A stretch of 64,000 nt of DNA from Myxococcota bacterium (GTDB taxonomy: Bacteria > Myxococcota_A > SURF-8): assembly GCA_965140415.1 (NCBI GenBank), contig OZ223209.1:3200001-3264000 (forward strand), given 5' to 3'. Positions 41,381-50,904 of this stretch are shown in pieces; position 1 is the stretch's first letter; the number at the start of each line of letters is the position of its first letter. Made by a program: the position numbers and the translations under genes. Under the pieces are notes generated by a model. The model saw only the letters and a list, made by a program, of their open reading frames with translations. It searched no databases and was not told the DNA's origin.

Positions 41381-42070
41381 ATGCCGAATAATTCCGATGC
41401 ATTGATTCACTTTGTACGAGAGCGTCTGGACGCGATTCGCGATCCGCAGCGTGCAAAGGAAATGGCGGCGTACATGAAAACCGACATGCCCTTTTTCGGC
41501 GTTAAGGCAACGGAACGGAAAAAGATCGAACGACTGATTCCGAAGCATTTTCCGGTTGCAAATCGAAAACAATACGACCGGAACGTGCGCGAGCTCTGGA
41601 ATCAACCGGAACGCGAGTGCAAATACCTAGCAATTTCAACCGCCCGCGCGTTTTCTGCCTATATCGATTCTTCTTCACTTCCGTTGTATCGGACGATGAT
41701 CATTCAAGGAGCCTGGTGGGACCTGGTGGATGAAATCGCGGTGCATCTGGTTGGAGAAGTGCTGAGAAAACAACCGGAAAAGGTGTATCCGCTGATGGAT
41801 GCCTGGATCGAAGATGACGATCTGTGGGTTCGGCGTACGGCGATTTTATGTCAGATTCGTTTCAAGGAAAAAACGGATCGTGAGCGGCTTTTTGCGTATT
41901 GCCTCAATCACGCCCATGAAAAGGATTTCTTCATTCGCAAAGCGATTGGCTGGGCGCTACGAGAGTATTCAAAAACCGATCCAGAAAAAGTATTGGATTT
42001 TTGCGAGAAACACCGTGAAATCCTGGCCGGATTGAGTTATCGTGAGGCGACTCGAAGGATCGCGAGATAA
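41381..42070 (+). CDS. AlkD-like DNA alkylation repair protein
   Basis: AYMK..FFGV, WWDLVD, WVRRTA, FFIRKAIGWALREYSK. Confidence 0.9.
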   Translation: MPNNSDALIHFVRERLDAIRDPQRAKEMAAYMKTDMPFFGVKATERKKIERLIPKHFPVANRKQYDRNVRELWNQPERECKYLAISTARAFSAYIDSSSLPLYRTMIIQGAWWDLVDEIAVHLVGEVLRKQPEKVYPLMDAWIEDDDLWVRRTAILCQIRFKEKTDRERLFAYCLNHAHEKDFFIRKAIGWALREYSKTDPEKVLDFCEKHREILAGLSYREATRRIAR

Positions 42071-42187
42071 AAATCGTAGGAAACAGAAATAATTTCGGGT
42101 GCGCTTGTCTAGCGCCCACATGCAAGACAGCATCCAGGTCGGGGAATCGGCTGAATAAAACACCCGTGGGCCAGGAAGGAAATCTAT

Positions 42188-42616
42188 ATGTCCGTGGCAA
42201 AAGATGGAAACGTCGTTCAGGTTCATTACACCGGAACGCTTGATGATGGTCAGACTTTCGATTCCTCTCGCGAACGCGAGCCGTTGGAATTCACGATCGG
42301 CCAGGGACAGATGATCCCCGGTTTTGAAAAAGCGGTTGTTGGTATGGCGGTTGGTGAAAGCAAAAGCGTTACCATCCCCTCAGAGGAAGCGTATGGTCCG
42401 CATCGCCCGGAAATGACAATGAAAATGGAAAAAGACAAGTTCCCCGACGGTGTAGATCCTCAAGTGGGAATGCAGTTCCAGGTCGGCTCCGAGAGCGGTT
42501 CCACCGTTATGGTGACCGTGGCCAAAGTCGAAGATGACGGCGTGACGTTGGATGCCAATCATCCTTTGGCGGGTAAGGACTTGACCTTCGAAATCGAAGT
42601 GATGTCGATTCAGTAG
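42188..42616 (+). CDS. slyD: FKBP-type PPIase, SlyD-like, lacking the metal-binding tail
   Basis: HYTGTL..FDSS, IPGFE, AYG, DANHPLAGKDLTF. Confidence 0.85.
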   Translation: MSVAKDGNVVQVHYTGTLDDGQTFDSSREREPLEFTIGQGQMIPGFEKAVVGMAVGESKSVTIPSEEAYGPHRPEMTMKMEKDKFPDGVDPQVGMQFQVGSESGSTVMVTVAKVEDDGVTLDANHPLAGKDLTFEIEVMSIQ

Positions 42617-42651
42617 TCGAGAAGTTGTAACTAACGATCCAGGGGAAAGTC

Positions 42652-43200
42652 ATGTATTTCGATGCGATTGGTGAAGTGAACACGCAGAAAACGTTGGAGT
42701 TGGCGGCAGAACGGGCCAGAGAACTTGGAATCAAGGAATTGGTTCTCGCCACGACCAGTGGCCGCACCGCACGGGAAGCGCTGAAGATCTGCCCGGATTT
42801 GTCAATCACGGCAGTCAGTTATCATGCAGGCTTCAAAGAACCGTTCAAGCTTACACTTTCCGATGAAGAACGGAAATCATTGGAAGAGCAAGGGGTAAAG
42901 GTTGTTTGCGCTACCCATGCATTAAGTGGCGTGGAACGAGGTTTATCCCAGAAGCATGCCGGTTTGTATCCGGTGTTGTTGGTGGCGGACACGCTTAAAC
43001 TGTTCGGGCAGGGCTTGAAGGTTGCTGTGGAAGTGTCTATTATGGCTGCTGATTCCGGCGCTTTGTCCGGCAATCGAGTTGTCGCTGTGGGCGGTTCCGG
43101 TAAAGGTTGCGATGCGGCGCTGGTGCTGACCCCGGCCAATCAGAATCGCTTCTTCGACTTGAAAATTCACGAAGTCATCTGCAAGCCGAATCTTTACTGA
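42652..43200 (+). CDS. Pyruvate-kinase C-terminal-like (PK_C) conserved protein
   Basis: NTQKTL, LATTSGRTA, HALSGVER, GQGLKVAVE..MAADSG, HEVICKP. Confidence 0.8.
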   Translation: MYFDAIGEVNTQKTLELAAERARELGIKELVLATTSGRTAREALKICPDLSITAVSYHAGFKEPFKLTLSDEERKSLEEQGVKVVCATHALSGVERGLSQKHAGLYPVLLVADTLKLFGQGLKVAVEVSIMAADSGALSGNRVVAVGGSGKGCDAALVLTPANQNRFFDLKIHEVICKPNLY

Positions 43201-43314
43201 TAGTGGGATTCTGCGTGTCGGACGATCTTATTTGTACGGCTTTTTAAGAAAGTAAAAAAATCTTTAAAAAGCCTTGATCTTTGCAAGATCCTGTTGTACA
43301 ACTCATTTCGCTGT

Positions 43315-43391
43315 TGCGGGGTGGAGCAGTCTGGTAGCTCGTCGGACTCATGATCCGAAGGTCGCCGGTTCGAATCCGGCCCCCGCTACCA
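43315..43391 (+). tRNA. tRNA-Met(CAT), initiator-type
   Basis: 77 nt TGCGGGGTGGAGCAGTCTGGTAGCTCGTCGGACTCATGATCCGAAGGTCGCCGGTTCGAATCCGGCCCCCGCTACCA; 1:72 mismatch, encoded CCA. Confidence 0.96.
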
Positions 43392-43400
43392 AAACACATT

Positions 43401-43440
43401 CGGACCGAAGATGAAACATTCTTCGGTCCGTTTTGCGTTT
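43401..43440. terminator. Terminator between the tRNA and the convergent helicase
   Basis: CGGACCGAAG / CTTCGGTCCG stem followed by TTTT. Confidence 0.75.
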
Positions 43441-45807
43441 ATGAATCGATTCCTTTCCAGAAGTCAGCCACGGCGTTTTCCAATTCTTCTGAGTTCCGAC
43501 ACTCGATGGCCTGTCGCCATTCCTGCGAAAAAAGCTCCTGATAACGGCGATGTGAGAACCGCTCGTCGATCAGCACGACCAGACCGGTATCCGTTTCGCT
43601 GCGAATGACGCGGCCTGCCGCCTGCCATACGCGATTCAATCCGGGAAACTGGTAGGCGAATTCGAAACCGGAGCGATTCTTTTCATCGAAATAGGATCGG
43701 ATCAGATCCCGTTCCATGCAGAGTTGAGGCAGGCCGACGCCGATCACGATCACTCCGCTTAAACGTTCGCCGGTCAAATCGATGCCTTCTCCGAATATCC
43801 CGCCCATAACGGCAAAGCCGATCAGACTTTTTATAGGGGATTCCGTAAAGTTAGCGAGAAACGACTCGCGCTCTTCTTCCGCCATCGAAGGTGTTTGAAC
43901 AGCGTTTGGCATTTGACTTCCAAGGTTTCGAAGCAGGACAGCACGTCCCGCAAATACTGATAGGATGGGAAATACGCCAGGTAGTTTCCGATACGGGAAG
44001 ACACAATGTTGTGCAGGTTTTGGGCGATAACTTCATAAGAATCGGCTCTGCGTTTATAGCTTGTAGCGATGCCATGATGGACAAAGCGCCCCAGGTTCTC
44101 TTTCGGAAATGGCGAGGGCAACTCTCCGCTGGTATCATCCGGTTGGGCTCCATAGAGTTCCATGAAGTAAGGCAAGGGGGAAAGCGTCGCCGAAAAAAAG
44201 ATGGTGGCGCGAAATCGCCCGGTGGCTTGAGCCAGTAGCTCGCTCGGGTCCAGGCAATAAAGCCGTACCCGACAATCGGAGGCAGCCGCTTGCAGGATGC
44301 TGCGATAGTGATCGTCGAACAACTCTTCGGTGCGCAGATAGCGTAACACCTCGAAATAACAATCTAATATTACTTCCATATTAGGACTTTGCGGATTCTC
44401 CAGCAACCATTTTTCAGCGGCGGTGCTAAAGCTTCGCAGCCGCTTGGAGAGTTTGGCTATCGGTTCAGCTTGTATCAAACGCTTTTCAGGTTGAACCTCG
44501 CAGAGCTTTCGAATTTCCAGCATGGATGAGTTGATGTGAGAGACCAACTTCGCGCCTTTAGGCCAACTCTCTTTTAGTTCGCGTTTCAAGGCAAGAAAGG
44601 TCGCCTTGTTCAATTCCGCCGAAAACATGTCGCGTGCGCGATCGGCGAGATTGTGGGCTTCGTCGATCAGCAGGATGAAGTCGGTTTCTCCATTTTCGAA
44701 AAAACGCCGCAACGACACGCGCGGATCGAAGACATAATTGTAATCGCAGATGACCACATCCGCCCAGAGCGAAAGATCCAGCGAGAACTCAAACGGACAA
44801 ACCCTGTGCTTTTTCGCTGTACTTTCAACAACTTCTCTCGTCCACGTGTCTTGCATGAAGAGATCGGCGGTGGCGTCGTTGATGCGATCGAAATGACCGC
44901 GAGCATAGGGACATTCGTCCGGGTGACAGGCGGCTTCCGGTTCGAAACAGATTTTCTCTTTGGCGGTCAAGGTCAGGCTCTTCAATTTCAAACCGGAGCG
45001 GGACATTTCTTCAATCGCCTGCTGAGCGACCGTTCTGCCAATGGTTTTGGCCGTCAAGTAAAAGACTTTCGAAGACAAGCCTTCGCCAAGGGCTTTGACT
45101 GCGGGAAAAAGAACGGCAATGGTTTTACCGATGCCGGTTGGAGCCTGCGCGAAAAGATTATGCTGTTCCTGAATGGAGCGATACACGGCAACGGACAAAT
45201 TGCGCTGTCCCGCCCGATAATCCTGAAACGGGAAACTCAGTGTTTGAATGCTGGAGTTTCTCTTGCTGTGCCATTCTTTAAGCGTTTTCGCCCAGTTGGA
45301 ATACCGTTGCAGCAGATCGAAAAAGAAGTCGGATAACTGCTCGAAGGAAAAGTCGTCGTTGAATTCCTTTGTCTCTGCGCTGTCCAACTGGAAATACGTA
45401 AGCTGTACACCCATTTTCGGAAGCTGATATTCCAACGCGTAGAGATACGCATAGCATTTCGCCTGCGCCCAATGCTGTGGATAGCTATGAAATTCAATCG
45501 TTTCCAGCGCTTTCGAGGTGGTTTTGATTTCGTCGATGACCACGGGATCATGTCCGGAATACACGCCGTCCGCACGTCCCTGTACGCGAATGCCAAGACC
45601 ATCGACTTCGTAAATGGTACTCAATGCCACTTCGGATTGATAACTTTCCGGGCGTGATTTCTGAACTTTCTGATGACCTTTTGTGCCAGCCACCGCGCGG
45701 CTGCTGCCTACGAATTCCGTTCGCAAATCGCCCTGACGAAGCACGAATTCGACTAACTCGCGAACGGAAATAGATAGATCCGGTGTTTCTAAACGTGACG
45801 TCGTCAT
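43439..45807 (-). pseudogene. XPD/Rad3/DinG-family Fe-S helicase with N-terminal PD-(D/E)XK nuclease, 1-nt frameshift near 43900
   Basis: GRADG..IDEIKT, APTGIGKT, Fe-S Cys residues, DEAH in one frame; GGIFGEGID and QAAGRVIR in the next frame. Confidence 0.85.
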
Positions 45808-46634
45808 TCAGAAAATGCCCGCTCGTTTTCAAGGCAGGAGATCGTGGAGAGAATCATGTTTTTCATGCTCACGTTTCCCATGCAGATCAGGCGAACCATC
45901 CAATCTTCTTTAAGTTTTGCTCGCTTCATGATTTCCGTAGCGTTATTACCTTGTTGCCAGAGAAGTTTTACCGAACCGTAAAAATCTTCTAAAAACTGAA
46001 GCTTGGCTTTCATGTGGTCGTGACCTTCAGTCAATCGCGGATGATGGCAGCAGAAAATGGTATCGAATTCGTATGTAAGAATCTTTTGCAGCGAATGGAT
46101 TTGATCCAGAATGCGTTCGTCTGCGCGAAAGAACTTGATGCGGTCAGCCAGATACAGATCGCCTGAAAAAAGCCAGCCCCGATTTTTTTCAAGATAGACG
46201 CAGTGATCTTTGCTGTGACCGGGAGTATGAATCGGCGTCAAGCGATAGTTTCCAAGATCGATATCTTCGTTGCATTCCGACATTTCCATGCGCTCCGCCG
46301 CCCCCCAGACGAAATGCTGATATGGAAAAATTCGCGACGGTTTTTGCATTGATTCAACGGTCAATGAATGCCCAAGTACTGGAATATTATATCGATTTGA
46401 GATTACGGCGGCGTTACCGGAATGGTCTTCGTGATGATGCGTTAACAGAATGCGCTGCGGCTTTTTCGAATCGACCCACTCCAAAACCGCCCGACGCATG
46501 TTGCGCTGCCCGGTGTCGATCAAGGTTGAATTCAGCGAATAAAGATAAACGGTCATCAAAGGAGGCAGAAAAGGACCATATCCCAATTCCAGAGCCTGTA
46601 CTTCCTTGAAATCATGTGCTTTTATAATGTGCAT
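45804..46634 (-). CDS. MBL-fold metallo-hydrolase
   Basis: THHHEDHSG, TPGHS, FSGD. Confidence 0.9.
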   Translation of the reverse strand: MHIIKAHDFKEVQALELGYGPFLPPLMTVYLYSLNSTLIDTGQRNMRRAVLEWVDSKKPQRILLTHHHEDHSGNAAVISNRYNIPVLGHSLTVESMQKPSRIFPYQHFVWGAAERMEMSECNEDIDLGNYRLTPIHTPGHSKDHCVYLEKNRGWLFSGDLYLADRIKFFRADERILDQIHSLQKILTYEFDTIFCCHHPRLTEGHDHMKAKLQFLEDFYGSVKLLWQQGNNATEIMKRAKLKEDWMVRLICMGNVSMKNMILSTISCLENERAFSE

Positions 46635-46821
46635 CGACTTGACTTCTTCTCCACTTACATCCAGAAATCGCCCGTGACGTGTGGTGGTCTGCTTCTATCA
46701 CCTTTGAACTTTATTTCGTTTTCGACCATTCACGCAAGCATAGTATCATAAATATCGATTCCCCCTGCCCTTCTTTTATAGTGAGCCAATAGTTACGGCA
46801 AACGGCTATATTGGACGCGAA

Positions 46822-47025
46822 ACGACCGGTAAACGAACAGTAAATAGCCGCCAAAAGACCGTAAATTGCCAGTGGTCCATTCACGCATGTTGTCAGTTGC
46901 TGTCTGCTGTTATATTACGCTGCGAAGTGCTGCCTCATGCTGCACTATAAAGCACTGTCACTCTTCGTGCCTTTAGTGGCGTTTTACTGGTTGTTTACTG
47001 TGCGTTACCGTGCCAAGGCGGTCGT
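46822..47025 (+). repeat. Imperfect inverted-repeat element built from about 11-bp units
   Basis: 46827-46871 is complementary to 46977-47010. Confidence 0.6.
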
Positions 47026-47134
47026 GCCCGATGCTATCTTATTTACAAGTTCTCTCTCTGCATGAGCATACCAATATATCATGTTCCAGCGTCGAGGAAT
47101 TAAGCGGTGACAGTCAAGCATCCGATTGTTGCAT

Positions 47135-47249
47135 AAAATAAGAACCCCGTAAGCAGTGCGGGCGCCCCCCCAACCTGCTTACGGGGTTTACTACAGGGAG
47201 ACCATCTTATTATTCTAAAACTGGGACTCGCCACGGGCCCTGTAGTGAG
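47135..47249 (-). ncRNA. Candidate small RNA (5' stem + terminator)
   Basis: ACTACAGGG/CCCTGTAGT stem, then a perfect 14-bp stem AACCCCGTAAGCAG/CTGCTTACGGGGTT and a U-rich tail. Confidence 0.5.
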
Positions 47250-47258
47250 TCATATCAT

Positions 47259-47275
47259 ATGAAAAATGCGTGCCA
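47259..47275 (-). promoter_or_regulatory. Sigma54-like promoter
   Basis: TGGCAC-GCATT-TTTCA (consensus TGGCAC-N5-TTGCW, one mismatch). Confidence 0.45.
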
Positions 47276-47892
47276 CCTTTCTAAGCAGTAGTAATTCCAC
47301 AAGATAATTAATATACTTACCTGAAACCATCAAAAACACGCCCGGAAACTCTGACAATCGTGTCGCAGTGTCAAGAGATAGGTAAAGAAAAGCTGTCTAT
47401 CGATGTTTTATTCGGGACTTCCGGCTAAAACTCCTGGAAGAGCAAGCACGACAGATTTGTCATGCTCTCCCTGAAAACGGGCAAATTTGCTTAAGTTACA
47501 ATGACCTGTAAACCGAAGTCATTTAAATCCAGAAGCGCCCCCAATTCCCCAATCTTCTCGTTCTCAAAATCAGCGATTACCAACGATGCCACTCAAGTAA
47601 GCGACTCAAAGTTAAATTATTGCTAAACAGTGGAAATAAAACGCTTTCCCCGCCCGTCCATTCATTAGCTCAATAGAGCACCGTTTTTGTGATACTTTAT
47701 GATAATACTCGATGCAACAAGGTTTTAAGGAAACCGTAGAATGTCCCCAAACAAGTTTCTTTTCAATTGGAAATATTCACGGATCGATTCCCCTCTATCA
47801 GGATGCCAACTCAACTGGCAGATTCAGTACGAAACCAAAACCATTTCCGGTTTTTATAAAAGCAACCGGCACCAACCAATGGAGGATACGAG

Positions 47893-49158
47893 ATGTCCAA
47901 CTGGGATCTGAAAGAATTCAATACCCACCTGCTTCGCTGGGAAGAACGTCGTCAGGCGCTACGTGAGCAATCTCAAAAGCTTAGGGCAAGCAACCTGCCG
48001 TTGAAGTTTTTGCGCCAGCAATCTCACTTCACCACTCCCGCCAGCAATTACGACATGGTATTGAAAGCCGTCGAAAAAGGCAGCTCGGCAACCCGCAAGA
48101 TTCTGGAAAAATTCGATATTTCCACCACTCAATTAGCCGAGACGTTGGATATTTCCACCGCTTTTCTGGAAAGAGAATTGCAGCGCGATCCCGGTGCACC
48201 ATTGGTGATGGTCGATGGCGAAGACGCACAGGCACTGAGAGACGATGTCGTGGAGCGCGGGCGCGCCAATGCAATCCGAATTTTCAAGGAAGCCAACTGG
48301 GGTAAAACCCTGCGTTTTTATCGCCCCAGCGGGCTGAATCTGGATTACTCCTTAAAAGATATCCTGATCGTTCTCACCGAAAGCGCCAAGGGCTTGCCAC
48401 CGGAGAAATTCCCCATCGACGGCATTATCTGGCCCAAGGCCGAACACCCGGAAGAGATCGCCTTGATCGTTGAAATTCTTGGTGAAATCGAACACAATCT
48501 CGGACTTGCTGAGAATAGCATCAAAATGCAGTTCCTGGTCGAATCCGGCTACGGAGCCGCCCAGCTGCCTTCGTTGGTCAAGGCTGCCATCGGTCGTCTT
48601 GCCGGCCTGGTTTGGGGCATTGCCGATTATTCGGCAGACATCGGATTGCCGGAGATCGAAAACGGCCACCCGGTTTGCGACTGGGTCCGTTCGAACATCA
48701 TCAATATGGCAGGAGCTGCCAACGTTCCCGCCATCGATAATATGACCGTCAATTACCCGGTTCCCAATAAAGATCTTTCCTTGGCTGAAAACAGAAAGCT
48801 GATACTGGATCGCACCCGCGAGGTCTATTTGGACGCCGTGCATGGACGCGATCTTGGTATGGATGGAAAATGGGTCGGCCATCCGTTGCAGCTATTCGCC
48901 GTCAAGCTGGCTTATCGCCTGGGACTTACAGAAGAAGATGTCAAGGCCGAAGTCGACAAGATCGACGCCTACACCCAGGCCGTCGATGCCGAACAGGGAG
49001 CGACGATCATCAAAGGCGTTATGAGCGACCGGGCGACCGACCGGCATGCGCGCTTGAAGCTGCGCAAGGCGGTTGCGTTGGGAATGCTGGATGCCCACAA
49101 AGGCGTTGAGCTGGGAATCGTTACACAACAAGAAGCGGATGAACTCAAGCAAGGCTAG
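47893..49158 (+). CDS. mcl: HpcH/HpaI/CitE-family lyase, probable malyl-CoA/beta-methylmalyl-CoA lyase
   Basis: SHFTTPA, MVDGEDA, WPK, LVES, WGIADYSAD, GMDGKWVGHPLQ; first gene of the EMC operon. Confidence 0.75.
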   Translation: MSNWDLKEFNTHLLRWEERRQALREQSQKLRASNLPLKFLRQQSHFTTPASNYDMVLKAVEKGSSATRKILEKFDISTTQLAETLDISTAFLERELQRDPGAPLVMVDGEDAQALRDDVVERGRANAIRIFKEANWGKTLRFYRPSGLNLDYSLKDILIVLTESAKGLPPEKFPIDGIIWPKAEHPEEIALIVEILGEIEHNLGLAENSIKMQFLVESGYGAAQLPSLVKAAIGRLAGLVWGIADYSADIGLPEIENGHPVCDWVRSNIINMAGAANVPAIDNMTVNYPVPNKDLSLAENRKLILDRTREVYLDAVHGRDLGMDGKWVGHPLQLFAVKLAYRLGLTEEDVKAEVDKIDAYTQAVDAEQGATIIKGVMSDRATDRHARLKLRKAVALGMLDAHKGVELGIVTQQEADELKQG

Positions 49159-49185
49159 CTCGAATCCGGCATTAAAGGAGATTCC

Positions 49186-50901
49186 ATGTCGAACGAAAAG
49201 AATGTCGTCCAACTCGATGCTGCGGCTCACGCTCTACAGTTGCTGTTCGATCTGCTGAATTCCGCCAGCAGCGAATTGAAGGCACGAAGCAGTAAGGATG
49301 GCAGGCTGTCCACGTCCTTGTTGGATAAGAACCAGTTGGCCTCCTACGACCTGGCCCTTTGCTATGCCGAAGCCACAGCGGCACGTTTCGTGCTGGACTA
49401 TGCCCGGCGAGTCGAGCAGGCTCGGGGGAACGATCAACCGGAGTTCGCCATAGAGCAAAGGCTGGCCACATTTTTCACGGCGGAGGCGATTCAGTCGATT
49501 CGAGGACGACTCGGAGCCCGTCCTTCCGATTTCGGGCTGACCGGCACTCTTTTGGATACGACCTTCGGCGATGATTCCGTTCATGGCTTTCTGATGCATG
49601 AGCTTTCCGTTGCACATATTGAAGAGCTGGGTCAGCGAATTGCGGAGTTGAATGGCCGCACGGGTGCGTATCTGATTGAGGAAGATCACGAAATGATGCG
49701 CGAGAACTTCCGCAAGTTCGCAAACGATGTCGTCATGCCGCTTGCCGAGTCGATCCATCGCGACGATCTGATCATTCCCGGCGAAATCCTGGAACCTTTA
49801 AAAGAACTCGGCTGCTTTGGTTTGTCTATCCCGGAGCGTTTCGGCGGTCTGCAAAGCGACGATCATGAAGACAACATGGGAATGATCGTCGTTACCGAAG
49901 AACTTTCTCGCGGCTCTCTGGGTGCGGCGGGCAGCTTGATTACTCGCCCGGAAATCCTTGCCCGAGCTTTACTGAAGGGTGGCACCGAAACGCAAAAAGA
50001 AACCTGGCTGCCTAAGCTGGCAATGGGCGAGCCGCTATGCGCCGTGGCCGTAACCGAACCGGACTACGGCTCGGATGTGGCCGGGATGAAATTCAAGGCG
50101 ACCAGAACCGAAGGCGGTTGGCTGCTCAATGGCTCGAAAAGCTGGTGTACCTTTGGCGGTAAAGCCGGTGTGCTTTTGGTGCTAGCCCGCACCAATCCGG
50201 ACATGAAACTGGGACATCGCGGATTATCGATGTTTTTGGTGGAAAAGCCCTCCACCGATGGTCATGAATTCGAGCACGAGCTTCCCAACGGCGGAAAAGT
50301 CAGCGGTCGCGCCATTCCCACTATCGGCTATCGCGGAATGCATTCTTTCGATGTGTTCTTCGAAGACGTCTTTGTGCCGAACGAAAACCTGCTTGGCGGC
50401 GAAGAAGGCGAAGGCAAAGGCTTTTACTTTACCATGGCAGGTTTCAGCGGCGGACGCATCCAAACCGCCGCCAGAGCGGTTGGCGTGATGCAGGCTGCGT
50501 TTGAAAAAGCCGTCAGCTATGCTTCGGAACGCAAGGTATTCGGCAAGCCGATTGGAGAATATCAACTGACGCTCGTCAAGCTGGCCCGCATGGCTGCGCA
50601 CCTATTGGCTACGCGCCAGTTCACCTATTCCGTCGCACGCTTGATGGATCAGGGCCAGGGATCGATGGAAGCGAGCCTGGTGAAACTGTTTGCAGGCCGT
50701 AGCGCAGAATGGATCACACGCGAAGCGGTGCAGATCCACGGCGGCATGGGTTACGCCGAGGAAACCGCCGTCAGTCGCTATTTTCTCGATGCCCGCGTGC
50801 TCTCCATCTTTGAAGGAGCGGAAGAAACGCTTGCGCTGAAAGTGATCGCGCGCTCCTTGATCGAAAACGCCGCAGTCCTTTCCAATCCGGCGGAGGTATA
50901 A
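49186..50901 (+). CDS. mcd: (2S)-methylsuccinyl-CoA dehydrogenase-like acyl-CoA dehydrogenase
   Basis: N-terminal extension, VVTEELSRGSL, GSLITRPEI, IGYRGM, RIQTAARA, DARVLSIFEGAEE; operon context. Confidence 0.85.
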   Translation: MSNEKNVVQLDAAAHALQLLFDLLNSASSELKARSSKDGRLSTSLLDKNQLASYDLALCYAEATAARFVLDYARRVEQARGNDQPEFAIEQRLATFFTAEAIQSIRGRLGARPSDFGLTGTLLDTTFGDDSVHGFLMHELSVAHIEELGQRIAELNGRTGAYLIEEDHEMMRENFRKFANDVVMPLAESIHRDDLIIPGEILEPLKELGCFGLSIPERFGGLQSDDHEDNMGMIVVTEELSRGSLGAAGSLITRPEILARALLKGGTETQKETWLPKLAMGEPLCAVAVTEPDYGSDVAGMKFKATRTEGGWLLNGSKSWCTFGGKAGVLLVLARTNPDMKLGHRGLSMFLVEKPSTDGHEFEHELPNGGKVSGRAIPTIGYRGMHSFDVFFEDVFVPNENLLGGEEGEGKGFYFTMAGFSGGRIQTAARAVGVMQAAFEKAVSYASERKVFGKPIGEYQLTLVKLARMAAHLLATRQFTYSVARLMDQGQGSMEASLVKLFAGRSAEWITREAVQIHGGMGYAEETAVSRYFLDARVLSIFEGAEETLALKVIARSLIENAAVLSNPAEV

Positions 50902-50904
50902 ACC

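Noticed and set aside
43439-45807. CRISPR-associated Cas4/CasDinG or defence helicase
   Set aside because: No array or cas genes nearby; matches the widespread nuclease-XPD repair helicase
46795-46872. c-di-GMP-I riboswitch resemblance (GGCAAAC..GGACGCGAAA..TTGCC)
   Set aside because: No GNRA-capped P2 stem or receptor is visible; would need cmscan
46822-47025. 6S RNA
   Set aside because: Length and rod shape fit, but I see no 6S conserved motifs or usual neighbouring genes; left unassigned
43392-47890. Genomic island integrated at tRNA-Met
   Set aside because: No integrase and no repeat of the tRNA 3' end seen in the window
47712-47966. 84-aa ORF ahead of mcl
   Set aside because: Overlaps the mcl start out of frame, with no clear RBS or motif
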